From: Balanoglossus misakiensis
Lineage: Eukaryota > Animalia > Hemichordata
Direction: 5' to 3'
Assembly: GCA_040954595.2 (NCBI GenBank)
Contig: CM082593.2
Coordinates: 6,146,172-6,210,171 of the forward strand
DNA: 64,000 nucleotides
The first letter of the stretch is position 1; each line of letters starts with the position of its first letter. Under the pieces are notes generated by a model. The model saw only the letters and a program-made list of their open reading frames with translations, made no database searches and had not been told where the DNA came from. Positions 25,946-43,643 of this stretch are shown here, piece after piece. The translations under genes and the position numbers were made by a program.

Positions 25946-28908
25946 ATGGCCTGGAATTCATCCAAAGTCAGATACAATCGGCTGCCATCACAGTCAGTGG
26001 CCATTGATTTTGGTCCAGCCTTCAAGTTTGATTCAGTGTACACATATGGAGACAAAAATGATCACAAGCCACCGTATCTGACAGAACAGAGAGGTCAGTG
26101 TCTTTCATAGTATTTTATGCTTCCTGTTACATTCATTTATAGCAAACTACAATTTGTGCAACATTTTCATCCATTTTTTTTAGTTTTTCCTTAATTTTTG
26201 AACAGATGGACATGATGTCTTATCGTCTTCGGGTCTTAATCAAAATTTTAGATAAAATGTGGAAAAACTTATGTGGGTTTCTTTTTTGAAAGATGACAAC
26301 AAGTTGACTATGGTGTTCTGCTTATTAAGATTGCCATTCATTAATTATTCATACAAACCAACATTTTCCCCACTATTTCGTTTCTTTCAGAGTACAAGCC
26401 GTCCTGTCTCATCATATTGTGTACCCATATAGTCACATGTTTAAGTGTCCTCTTTTTTATACTGACATTCCCTGTGTCTGCTTGTATTTACTTCAAGGTG
26501 AGTGTCCATGTTGATTGGTATTACTCTTACCATGCCACATTTTTCAAATGTGTTGCAACAGTTGTATCATATTTCCATATTTCTCCCCTTAATTCTAGAC
26601 CAGTTGATCAGTTAACCCTTTTACCATGGTGGTGAAAGAGTTTATACTCTGATAATCTTTTTCTCTGTTCTTACGTGATAATCTTTTTCTCTGTTCTTAG
26701 GTGATTAAACAATATGAGAGAGTTGTTGTGTTCAGATTAGGAAGACTACAGCCTATGAAAGGGCCAGGTATGTTATGCTTCCAGTTTCAATATATTAACA
26801 TGTATCACGGTTACTAGAAGAGAGTAACCGTGATTCACTGTTTTGTCAAAAAAGGAAGGCTTCAAATGATGACACCCTGTACTTACGTTTCAACTTCAAT
26901 TTCCGTTGTCTTCAGGTATCATATTAGTTCTGCCATGGATTGACCACTGGAAGAAAGTCGACATGAGAATGCGAGCGTTCAACGTCCCACCACAGCAGGT
27001 AGTGTCTTAATCATTGTCTGTATTTTCCGAGTCATCTTTCTGAAGAGAATAACTATCTAGACACCTTTTTTCAGTGTTCATTTCTGTAATGTCTTGGGTC
27101 ATCCCTGTAAAGTGTGTCACTAATGAATTGATAGACATTAAAATAAATCAAGAATGGTCATAATGCAAACCAGTATTTTCGAATTAAAATATTATAGACT
27201 GCAGAAGTGCCCTTGACAGTACATGTACTTCGCTCAGTATGTGAATTTGAACTGTATAGTAGGTTCTGAGTTTGAATTCTGTAAGAATACCAGACCATGC
27301 TTTCTGCAACTGACAGATATTCACCATGGATGGTGCCGTCGTCAGCGTCGGTGCCAACATCCACTTCCAAATCAGTGACGGGATCGGCTCAGTGGCCTGC
27401 ATCAAGGACCTGAATCATTCCACCCGGGTCTTGGGGCAGACGGCGTTGGTGAAATTGCTGTCGGGCCGACGCCACAACGAGATCGAGTGCGACAAGTATA
27501 TTATCAACCAGACACTGCAAGTCGGACTGAATGAAGTCACGAAGAGGTGGGGAGTGCAGGTCACCAGGGTTGAAATGTAAGCGTTCGACTGATCCACATC
27601 TACACTGTCTTGTTCATATTAACCCTTTCACCACCTTGGTTCAGTCCAAACCCATTGTTTTCTGTGGTAAGGTTGGACCTCTAAAGAGAGAACGGGGGTG
27701 AAAGGGTTAAAGGTGTATTTATTGGATGAATGGATATTGTTTATTTCTACCTGCATAAAAATTAGCTACGGCCCTGGTTCTTTGCGAGTGTACATGTAAA
27801 GGATACAGCGTTGTCTACACGAGTTTTCAACACAGTACTTCATTTCTGAAAAATTTATTTGCGAATTCTCTCTACTAGTTCTGATGTCACATTACTTGAA
27901 GAAGCAAGGCCGTTTGCGATGGGTCCAATACTGATGCCGCCAATGTTTGACCCCAAAGCGCAGAGTGCAGTGAATACAGGTGAGTATTAAACGCCAGAGA
28001 ACACACTCAGGGCAGACAATCCAGGAGACAGTTTGCCCTGGGGGGATTGCTTGCAGCATGCCTTGTTTTGAAATAAAAATTAAATTACCCTTAATTAAGC
28101 ATCACACGTTACCCGTGGATGTGTAGCATGGTCCCGGAGCATGGTGGAGTTTAACCCTTTCAAGCCTGGCTTTCTGGGAACGTATGTGAATTTCTCCTAT
28201 ATATAGGATATCCGGCCAGAAAGGGTTAATTGAAGGAACATGTGATATACGTGTGTGGTATTCTCTGACTGACACACACGTCTTTGTGTTTTCTGAATAG
28301 TGACATCAATGATCTCAAACTTCAACTGGCAACCGACGTCTCCAACCACACAGTCTCCATCTGCACCCCCGGACGCCTCTGCCGAAGCACTGATACAGTT
28401 CTCGCCAGCGGCTGAAGCCAGCACGGAGTCAGCAACTGCCCCTGTTGCTATGAGCCCCGATGATATACTCTCGGCAGTCAAGTTACTGCTCAACGAATCC
28501 CTGGTTGAGCGTGTCGGAGCCGTCTATAAATTTGTCTTGCATGGAACCGACAGCGGAACGTATTATCTGGACCTCAAAAATGGCAAGTATTGTTATCATG
28601 CAGATTAGTTACTTGTGTGTGTATTATGACCGTGACGATATTGTGTATGAATCTAGATATCAAAGTTTGATAGATACATGTATACTATTTTGCATGTTGT
28701 AGGTGACGGTGATGCTGGTAAGGGTGACCCGCCCAATGGCGAGGCAGACGTCATCCTGGAGTTGACCTCACATGACATGCAGCTGATATTCTCGGGCGAA
28801 CTTCGACCTTTCCAAGCGTATATGAGTGGTAGGTTGGTTGTCGACGGTGACCGCGGGCTGGCGATGAAACTGGAAGAGGTCGTAAAAGGACTGCAGGCAT
28901 CGGATTAA
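25946..28908 (+). CDS. STOML1: Stomatin-like protein 1 (SPFH/band 7 domain plus C-terminal SCP2 sterol-binding domain)
   Basis: Exons ~25946-26093, 26391-26497, 26701-26767, 26916-26998, 27317-27576, 27879-27979, 28301-28582, 28703-28908 splice in frame: MAWNSSKVRYNRLP..., LTFPVSACIYFK-VIKQYERVVVFRLGRLQPMKGPG, WGVQVTRVE, and SCP2-like YYLDLKNG...AYMSGRLVVDGDRGLAMKLEEV. Confidence 0.92.
27623..27706. mobile_element. piggyBac-type MITE (~84 bp, TTAA target, CCC...GGG ends)
   Basis: ttaa|ccctttcacc...ggtgaaaggg|ttaa; copies at 60607-60691 (reverse) and 63383-63467. Confidence 0.8.
28151..28229. mobile_element. Second TTAA/CCC-ended mini-element
   Basis: ttaaccctttt...agaaagggttaa with an interior unrelated to the 27623 family. 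Confidence 0.55.
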
Positions 28909-29979
28909 TCAGAAATCTCCCCAGTAGATGTACATATTTTTTTTTATGATTCTGTCATGATTTCTGAGCCAGCTATTTACGTGACAGGACTCCCTAGTTA
29001 GGTTAGAATTCCAAAATAGTCTCTGCGAGGAGATTGGCTAAAACCTTTGTACATATCACCCTGTGAATTTTGCTAGAAACATTGAAACAGTGTGCTACTG
29101 TTTGAGTGAATTCAAAAATACTAAATTATTTGAGCATGTGCCAAATTCTTCAGATGAAGATTTCTCTCACTGATTTTTTTCAGTGTACATATTTTAAACT
29201 CAACTTCAGTAATTCAGGTCTGATGATATTCACCCACTCTTTTGGTGAATTTTATATGTACAGACGGCCTCAGGAGTGTTACCCCCTGGCGCAGTTACCA
29301 CCTGTTTCTCACCCATCAGTCAGAGCAAGGGTTAGGGTAAATGACCAGGGGGTGACAGCCCTAGAACCTTATGATATAACAATGAATTCTATGAATCACT
29401 GATACATATAACAGCACAGATTACTGTGTATATATGGTAAGGAATATGGATAAATGTAATGATTGTCTGTGTAGATTATTTTAATAATTTGGTTCAACTC
29501 AAAACTGCATTTAAAACTGAGATCGAGACAGCAAAACATATTTTTAGCAATTCTAAGTGCTCAATATCTAGATATTCGCCTAATTGTGTCAATAGTAACC
29601 CCTTATGACACAAGAAACCTGCTGAATGTGCTTATGTTTTTACATTACTTTTTCTCAGGTCATCCAGGAGTTGACACTCTGAAGGAATGTTTTGTTTAGT
29701 AAGAATGTTTACATGTAAATCTCTATAAAGATAAATAAACTTTTACGTCTGAATTTGTTGCTGTTTTGGTGAGTTTGTTTGCTTTAAGTGGTTTCACTTC
29801 TCCCAGTGAATGAAACATGCTCATTGATTGTCTCAACTGAATGTTGTTGCATGAAACTGCTAAATACTAGTAGATCATTGTTTGTTTCAGTAATCCTGTT
29901 GGTACTTTATTGTAGCCAACATGCATGTGCAACCTTGCCGTACACCCATGGAGTAACAAAATCTGGGTGATTAGTCATT

Positions 29980-30468
29980 TCAGACTGCTGGTTGATGTCC
30001 CGGTATGTCCTGTCCAAATTTTCTGATGTGTGCAGCCCGTTTTGCTGGCAACAGTACTTCGTTGTGCACATAGGAGTCACACGCATAACACCAAACAGAC
30101 AAATCAGAGTAACTCAAAGTCAGTGGGTGGCTCTCCTCCAAACTGTGCATCAACATGTGTTCATTTATGAAGCGGCTGCAGCACACTTTGTAGCAGGCAA
30201 GGCAGACCCAGTTTTCCCGGGTGTCGCCGCAACCCGGGTTCTGGCACGGCCCACCCGGGTTCAGCCCGGTTTCCGGGACAGGGTCGACGCTCTCCAAGTG
30301 TGGGCACCACTCAAGTGGAACCACAGCAAACATGGACGCTTCTGCATCTGGTACGTCCACTTGTCCAAGAAACTCGGCTACTGATGCGGCTGTACTTCCT
30401 CCGCCTCCGCAAGCGCCCTCGCTCGGTCCACCAGTTGGCGGCTTATCTCCTTCATCATTAGCTGCCAT
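29980..30468 (-). CDS. Intronless stand-alone HDAC6-type ZnF-UBP (BUZ) ubiquitin-binding protein, 162 aa
   Basis: ATG at 30468; VVPLEWCPHL...ENWVCLACYKVCCSRFINEHM...HPLTLSYSDLSVWCYACDSYVH...AHIRKFG matches the HDAC6 C-terminal zinc finger; no deacetylase domain; AATAAA on the minus strand at ~29906-29911. Confidence 0.9.
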   Translation of the reverse strand: MAANDEGDKPPTGGPSEGACGGGGSTAASVAEFLGQVDVPDAEASMFAVVPLEWCPHLESVDPVPETGLNPGGPCQNPGCGDTRENWVCLACYKVCCSRFINEHMLMHSLEESHPLTLSYSDLSVWCYACDSYVHNEVLLPAKRAAHIRKFGQDIPGHQPAV

Positions 30469-30499
30469 CACCACCCCCGTAAACTATTGTAGCTGGTTC

Positions 30500-30946
30500 T
30501 AAAAACCGACCGGACAGGTTCCCCAAACTAATCTGAGGGAGTAGTGTTGAGTCTCTTTCGCCCCTCGGTTTGACAATTTCACGCAGTTAAAGACCCGTAC
30601 TTGTTTTACGGGAAGGAAAAGTTTGCAGCTCCGGGAAATCTTCCACACCAAAAGGAACGATCAATGGCGCCGCTAGCGACTGATCCTTGCAAAGAGCACA
30701 CACTTTTACAGTGATGTTTTTGTGTACTACGCAGGGGGTCACTACGACGTCATTGGCCGATCAGGGTATTCCTGGATGAGAAGTTACTATCAGTTTATTG
30801 TCAAAAAAAATCACCAACCGGCTTTCATGAACTGTCGTAGTGAAATCTGTAGCAAGAATAGATGTCTCTCGGAGTAAATGGAAGGTTAGATCTCACCGGG
30901 ATATTCTTTGTGGGTTACTAGGTGTGTTTGTGGTGGAGTGTACCAG
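30500..30946. promoter_or_regulatory. Probable bidirectional promoter (ZnF-UBP gene / JNK) and JNK non-coding first exon
   Basis: CpG-rich interval with a CRE-like gacgtca and attgg (CCAAT) near 30746-30757; plus-strand donor CAG|GTGAGT at 30947; a second candidate donor AAG|GTAAGT at 31352. Confidence 0.5.
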
Positions 30947-33900
30947 GTGAGTCGAGTTTCGCTTGTCATCCTTAGATGAATATGCGTGAGAGGCTTGCTT
31001 CACCTTCAACCGAGAGTATGAGATCACCAATACTCAATTGAGTCACAGTAACTGATGATACGGAAACCGAAATTCATGATTTCGCAACTCTCGTCTTAGT
31101 AATAACGGTGTTTAGAATCGGATGAGTGATCAGTCCAGAAGGAGGAAGTGTGCGATTGCATGTGAGGGGATCCATTTCCGAAATTATTTATCCCGTGAAC
31201 ATAATTGTTTTGTAAAGGATGCGATCCACCCGTTAGGATCGGATCTGCCCAACATCCTCGATCGTATACTCTGGTTTGCCGTATTCGTATTTCGCCTGGC
31301 TAGTACACTTTCTAAAATAGGCATTTACATCGAAATGGCCTTTGAAGTAAGGTAAGTACGGACTGATCGTGGATGAGGAGATCGGCCTGCATCCATTACA
31401 ACCGAAGAGAATGCCTCGCATTTACATGCAAATGAATGCGGATATTGTCTTCCGGTTGTCAAATATCTCTACACTGTCTTTGACCGCACATCTAATTATC
31501 CATGGCTTTTGATCAGCATTCCACCCTTTCTGTTCTCAACAATTTATGTTGCCTTTTACACATTTTCAAGCGAAGACCAATTATTCTGCTTGGATTGAAG
31601 GTTAACACAAATGTAAATGTACTCCTTTTATGATGTAAATATGTAAGGTTGATTTCATGTGTACATTTCAGTGAAACATATCTCTGACATTATTAAAATG
31701 TAAATTAGAAAGATGGACAGTAATAATTAAATGAAAGTGAATCTTTTGTGTATTTACTACCCCTTCCTGTACTATTAAGCCATACATGAATGAAAAACCC
31801 TTGGCACAGAAATAGTGTAACCTACATTTACTGTGCAGGTTTCTGGATGAAATGGTATTATATTCTTTTAATATTACATGCTGTGTGAGTGTAAGGGCCC
31901 CACAGAGGGATGGAGAAATACATGTAACTTACAATAGACAAGACAAGATGGTGTGTATTGCTGATAGTGATAGACATGCCGTGATGACCCAGACGTATCT
32001 CTTGTTACTGCATTTGAGATGACGAGAGATTGTAACCTTACATGCACTGTCAGATATACGATGATACTCTGTTTTCTGCCGACATGGAAGTCTTTGCTGT
32101 GTCATCAGTTTCATATAAGTTGACCTTTTGGCACGCTAAAATTGACGTACCTAACATAATCACTGAAGAATGCCATGTATTCTGTTACAGAGTCTACTGA
32201 GCTGTATGCTTCGTTATATCACGACTTCTCGCGAGTGTCAACATTTGAACCTTCACCTAGCGTTCTCACAGTGGTCAACCCATGCTGTCAAGTTGGTAAG
32301 TTGTGTGGTTTGTTTCGTCACCATGGATACTGTTGTCATGAAATATCTGTTTAAAAAATGACGGTATGTGTTTGTGTGTCCCTAGTAATATCAATAGAAA
32401 GAGAACCTGCCTGAAATGATTTTGGAAAGGTTGTTTAAAGGATGACATTAATTTCATGTAGGCATTATCGTGTTGCTGTATACTGGTCATTGATACGTCC
32501 AGAGAATGAATCATTTTATATTGAAAAGACACACGCACATGTACAAATGGGAATGAACATCTGACTGTGATAGTCACGGAATTGGAAGTAAGTTGAACCC
32601 TGTAAATAAGGGCCCTTCTGTGCGTGACATTTGAGTTGAGACAGTCGATGTACTCTCTAATGCAGTGTGTAGGAGTGAAACTTAGAGACATGGATTATCC
32701 GATACAGTTATTGTCGGGACGTGAGTGGGAGATGTTGTGGGTTAATACTTCACTGGAGATGGAAACAACTGATAATAGTTGTTTTGCTGCAGGAAAGGCA
32801 TTAGTAAATGTATCTTACAGGTCAAATGTGGGTGGTAAATTTTCAATGAAGGAAATGTGTCACCTCTGAATATGGGACTTAGTGTATGTACATCTGACTA
32901 GTTGATGATATGTAAACCCACATACAAAACCAGAAATGAGGGATGCTCCAGTATCCGAATCTCGGTTTTGATGATGTCCAGTTAATAAAACAACACGTAG
33001 AAGCAAGAATTCCGTTCCTGTGCTTCTATTATGCTGATGAAGCAGTTAAATGGAATTTATTCCGATCGGATGGAAGTACGTAGAGGTTGATGCTTGATAC
33101 AGGTGAAGGACTTAACGAGGTACACTGTAGTGATTCAGGAAAAATGAGTCACTCGCGAGAAAACCTTGTGGAGTTCAGTCCTTGGAATTCTTCTAGTATG
33201 AAATACATTTCAGCATTATTGTGTACCAGTAAATGTAATACTTTTGTATCATGATACAACTAGATTCAAAGTGTGTCCTTTAAAAATTTAATCATAAATT
33301 TACATAAATTAATTTCAGGTATTGAATATTTCTAGCCTCATGATACAGTATGGAAATTTGCATGTACGGTGTCACCAAATAAAGCCATAAGTTTTATACA
33401 CGCATTGAAATCACATCATAAAAACAGTCCAAGTTAAACCAAAGTCTGTTACATGTATGTGATTTACATTAAAATCGACCCTGGCATTAGCAGGCATGAC
33501 TGCCAGTTTTAAATTAACATTTCGTATTCCTGGAAAAAGGGACTACATAACAGTTTTCCAGATGGCAGCTGCTTAACTGATAATGGAGAGTATATTACGG
33601 ACGGTATTGTGAGTTTGTTTCCCCTTTTCAAGTCTTGTGTATGGCGACAGTGCAGTAAGTACCCTGAGGAACATTATGTTGTTGTATACTAAGACGTCTG
33701 AATTGTGGTGTTCTCTTTCTGACCGTGTTCTGTGATTGCGTCCAATCTTTTGCCGTCTTTGTGTTAATTCATCAGCAAACCAGACCTGTAAGAGCTCGCA
33801 GTCTGTGTCTAAGTAGCCTGCCAAGCTTGAGCGTATCCATCTGTCCATATTAGAGCGTAACCATGGAAATAGCTGCAGAGCAATCTCTGGGCTTGTCAGG

Positions 33901-36900
33901 GTATCAGTGTACAGAGCACTGGTGCCTAATGGAACGGTGCAGTGCCGTTGGTGACCTTTGACCTGGGCAATTAGGTCATGGCCTTTCACGCTAATTTTTG
34001 AAAAAAATTGTCAAAAACACCCAAGGAAGTTTTGCGTCGACAGATGGCGTTCTGGTGAAAATACCAGGATGTATTTAAGGGGTCATCAAAGTTGCCAATC
34101 GTTATTTTCAGTGGTAGCTTTGCCGATGCCCTAGATGAATTTGAAACTTGCTCCGACAGGCGCAGTAAGCCATATGCAAACCCCTTCTCTCTCTGTACCG
34201 CATAGTTTGAGAGTTGAAGATCCTATTTTGACTTCAAGACAAAACACTGGCTGTAATTTAATGATGTCCGTTGGCATATGTTAAAATAGTCTGCCTCCTA
34301 AACTGCAATCAAAACTGAAGATTTAAAAATAGCCAGTCATTAAATGAATGGAAGCTTGCCTTCAGTGTCAAGGCTGATAACAAAAATATGAAAGAAAACA
34401 TGCCAGAATTCAGAGTAGGATTTTGTTCTTATGGGTGCCTCAAAATGTTTTTAGCCAAATTATCAGTTTGTTTCATTTCTGGTTTAAGTGTTACATCATG
34501 TATTTACAACCACCCGAGCAAGGGTAATGGTTTTGTTCAAAGAGTGATAACATTATCACCTGTTCAGTGGATTTATTTGTCAGAAACCTGAATGGTTTCA
34601 TTATGAAGTCATATGTTGTCATAAATACTAACCCACCTGGTGTTCTAAATATAGATGTGATAAATTATTTCCTCGTGCTTGGGTGTGTGTTAGGGGTGTA
34701 ATCCTGATTCTATGGTCACTAATTTTGTATGTTGCATGACATATATGGTGTACTTATATAATTGATGTTCATAAAAGAAACAAAAATGTCTTCAGCTTCT
34801 GTTGATATCATGCTGATTGGGATTTTCTTCAGTTCCACACCTGTCATGCACAGTTCCAAGTTTACTGCGCCTAATAATTTCTGTGACCTTTTCTGGTGAC
34901 AGAATGACTACAGGACTCACTCCACGCCCCACTTATCATTTCAAAAGGCTAATCTCCTTCAATTATCCGACTTCGTATATCCACTCATCTGTCCCACTTG
35001 GCCTTGTGATCTTTAAAATCTGCAACATCCAACTACACCTTGACGTGAGCATCCTCCAAACTTTGCTAGATAAAAAAAATGAAAACGTCGTTTGCCATCT
35101 GCTTCATATAGATATCAATTTCACACTGATATTCCTGTATTTTTCAATAAAGCAATACAACACAGTCATTTCCTGGATCTTTGTGTGAGTGTAACCATGG
35201 AAATATAAACTCACAGCAGCAAGGCCATTTTCATACTGATGGAGAAATGAGACGTGTGATGGAAAAGAGTTACCATGAAAACGCATGGTCTCTGAGGGTT
35301 ATTCTCCATTCAACTCTTAATCACATATATGATCACGCAAGGCCAATTTCATAAATGTTGGTAATAACACTATTATCTGATCTCTACCATGTACATGTTT
35401 GAGTCTGTTACCATGGAAATGACTAAACGCAAAGGGTTGGCTTCTGTAAGGGTGCTAATCACAGCAAAAATTGAAGTCAGTATTTTGAAAATAAAGACAT
35501 CACTGCTGGCAAATTTACTAGAAATCTGACTTTTAAACTTATCTCCTAACATCCCAATGAGACATTACATGTGTGTGTGTGACCTGCTGTGTGAGCGAAA
35601 ACAGAAATACCATCACTGTGGCCACGATAAAAGTTTAGGTTATCCATATAAAGGCATTAAAATTTCATTGGTTTTCATATTAAGCTACTAAATTAAATCC
35701 CGAATTAAATTGTTAAATTACAATGGAATTGTTTTCTGACATTTCTGTTAGTGTAACGTAAAAGAAAATAAGAAAATACAGCAATTTCTGTATGCCCCAA
35801 ACATGCAGTATAGTATAATTAAATTCTGTCGAATTTAAGTGGTTTTTATTGAGTTCCGATAACAACCTGCAGGTCCTTCTTGGGTGACGGGTGCATAACA
35901 CACTGTTGCCATCTGGGAACCTCTGCCATTTTGAGATGTAAGGTCATGTGTGTTTAGCCCCGACAATCACCTGTTACCAAGCACTGGGCTTTTTTAAAAA
36001 TAATGGCTAATTGGATTTTAGTGGCTATTTTTAACTTGTTGGGCAAACAGGAAATCATAATGTATTGGTGTATACATGCTAGAATGTGTGTCTTGAAGTC
36101 ATATTCCCTGTTCTGTGCACGAGTTAGGCAAAGTTGTGTTACTGTTTTTCTTCTAAAATCTATCCCATGCATCTTGTTTTACCTGTCGAATTAATCCCCC
36201 TGACTGTTATGTTGGAAAAAATGGTGTGATATTTTGTTAAAAATTTACCAGTGAAGGGTTTGTATTTTGTTGTAGTTTTCTTTTATTTTATGTAAATGAA
36301 TCTAATCGCACCACAGCAGTATTATCAGAAATAATGGTGAGTCATTGCTTGTGACAATAATGTAACGTTGAAGGGGTGTGGTGTCGGGTGTATCCGTGTG
36401 GGTCACTTTTCAATCTGATTGTTCAGATCCTGGTCACGCTCCAACAGGTATGTCCGTCTGAAGATTTGGTGTGTGGGATGTGATCTTTTATTCAATACAG
36501 ATATTCCTTCGAGACTTTCTGTACTTGGCCACAATGTGAACTTACAAACCCACATGAAATCATTCAGAAAACAAAACTGAAATAGCACCATTGCTGATTC
36601 ATGACTTGTTTTCAAGAGAAAATAGAAAATATGCCACAAAAAATTAAACTTATGGCATTGAGTATCCACAAGATCCTGCAATTGATGCAGAGGTTAATTG
36701 GAGTGGGTCTGAGAGATTAATATCGATGACAAACATGTGATTCATTGAAAAAATTCAAAATAACGCTATTAGGATTCAGTGTGGTCCCATGTTGTTTGAC
36801 CTGTGCTGACGAAAAGCCTGTGCGTTGACTCACATGTTGGTCAATATTGGTTCTAGCTTCCCACCTATGTAGCTACCTGTAATCAATAAAATGTCACAGC

Positions 36901-38673
36901 TCGGATTTCGGATCTGTGTTATGATGATATAAACAGTGGCTGCGTACTGTGGATTTCAGCCTGTGATGTCAAAGCCTTATCTCCTGTGGACATGAGTGTT
37001 CAATATTGTGAAGAGCATCAGACGATTTGTCTCCATCCAGATATGATGAGTCACCAAAACTAGAATCTAGGTTGCCTACAACAGACAACGTGTAGAGTAT
37101 CAGCTTCTTGTCTGAAACTGATATCGTGATATTTGTGATGGACACGGTTGATAAGACAAGCAGGGATCAGTATCTGTGTGTTGTCACTGCATAGTTATGC
37201 CGTTCTCTAATGCTGTATTTTTGAACGATGTATTTTTTGAGCGATTACGTGGTTTTCAAATGTTTGGATAAGGCCGAGTGTGATGCACATTTCAGACGCT
37301 GTTTCTCGGTGCCGTCTATTGCAGGTACTTTGGACAGGCCCTGTTTCTACAGGCATGTCTTGAAATTAGCCTGTGGTGTTCATCAGGATTTCACACAGCC
37401 ACAGAAAAGAGCTGTGAAAGAATATAGAAGGAAGTACGGCAAAAAAATTCTACAGATACACATAACATGTTTGCCTTCACTCCGATTTATGATAGTGTTT
37501 AGTGTGTTCCAACAAAATGGATGATTGTACAAACATGTACAAGGAAGTACATATATGTGAAAATAACAGCTAGACTTCATTTACAGGCATGTAGTGTCCT
37601 AAAATGAATGTCAATGACATTGCTGAGCCTTCAGATGATAAAGTGATGTGTACATTAACCTTGTAATATTCCACTGGGTGAGAAAAATAATCGTGTTTAC
37701 ATTGTTTTTTTCACTGTGGCAAATTTGTTCTAATATCAGGTTGTCTTAGTGATGTGCATGTATGCAGATTGGGTGTATGCTCAGAATTTGAAACATCAAG
37801 GAGTGCATCAGTAGATGTTGTTCTAGAATTTTATCCTTAGAATTTCACCTGTGACTGTGCCTGTGTTATGAACTCTAGTACATAGGTGCGCTCGGTCATG
37901 GTCGGGTCGGGATAATAGTTGAAATGCGAACATTGATCCTGTCACACACACAAAACAAAACATGTACATAAATCATCATTGGTTAGACTTAGAGCCGTGT
38001 CATCTGAGGCTACCCTGAAGCAACATCGATGTCTTTAATTCGAACAGCCTCGCTGTCATCGAACGGATCAGATGTTATTTTTCGATGTTCTATCTGCTGC
38101 ATGAATTGGCAGTCATTTCGATTTGCAATTGTGCTCGCACTTTATATACACTGCACAGTGTCACACAAATTATATTGCCACAGATTCATGTGTCACTTCA
38201 ACTGATGGTGAAGAATGTTTCAGTTTGCGTCATTTCTTACATAAAACGAGATGAGGGCACCTTGATCTTCGTAAAGTATAAACATACATGTTGTTGTACT
38301 AATGTTGTCATACCATCTGCAAACCTAGTCTTCTTGCATTGGCTGTGAGCTGCAAATATTCCTGTACCAAGATGCTGTAGTTTAATATTTATGACTTGTG
38401 TGATACTGATGATGAAAAAAAGGGAAGTACTGTCCACACACAATAAATGATGATTTATCAACAAAGCATAATCCTTGATACCCTGGATAATTTTTTCCAG
38501 GAAAGAGCTCAGAGTTACCTCCAGGGTAGTTTTATAATGAAATATTGATGGTGTCTTGAATGTGTTGGTTGCAGACTCGCTTTAAAGGAAGATAACCAAC
38601 TCTTTGAATTTTCTCCATAGAGATAACACAGAGATTGGCGGCCATTTTGAATTTCAAATTTGATGAATCTTAG

Positions 38674-43643
<4,970 letters not shown>

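Noticed and set aside
29277-29357. 13-bp inverted repeat with a ggttaggg motif in the STOML1 3' UTR
   Set aside because: Too short, no TSD and no second copy in the window; cannot support a call.
29980-30510. ZnF-UBP ORF as the terminal exon of a full HDAC6 gene
   Set aside because: The nearest plausible acceptor leads into an in-frame TAG, and no deacetylase-like exons are visible upstream on the minus strand in this window.
31122-31355. 77-aa ORF ending at a GTAAGT donor as an N-terminal extension of JNK
   Set aside because: Its phase-2 donor is out of frame with the exon at 38743 and gives a stop within a few codons; at most an alternative UTR exon or uORF.
31400-38600. Many 60-140 aa ORFs in JNK intron 1 (likewise 52000-60300)
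   Set aside because: No recognisable domains, alternative start codons, AT-rich composition; consistent with chance ORFs.
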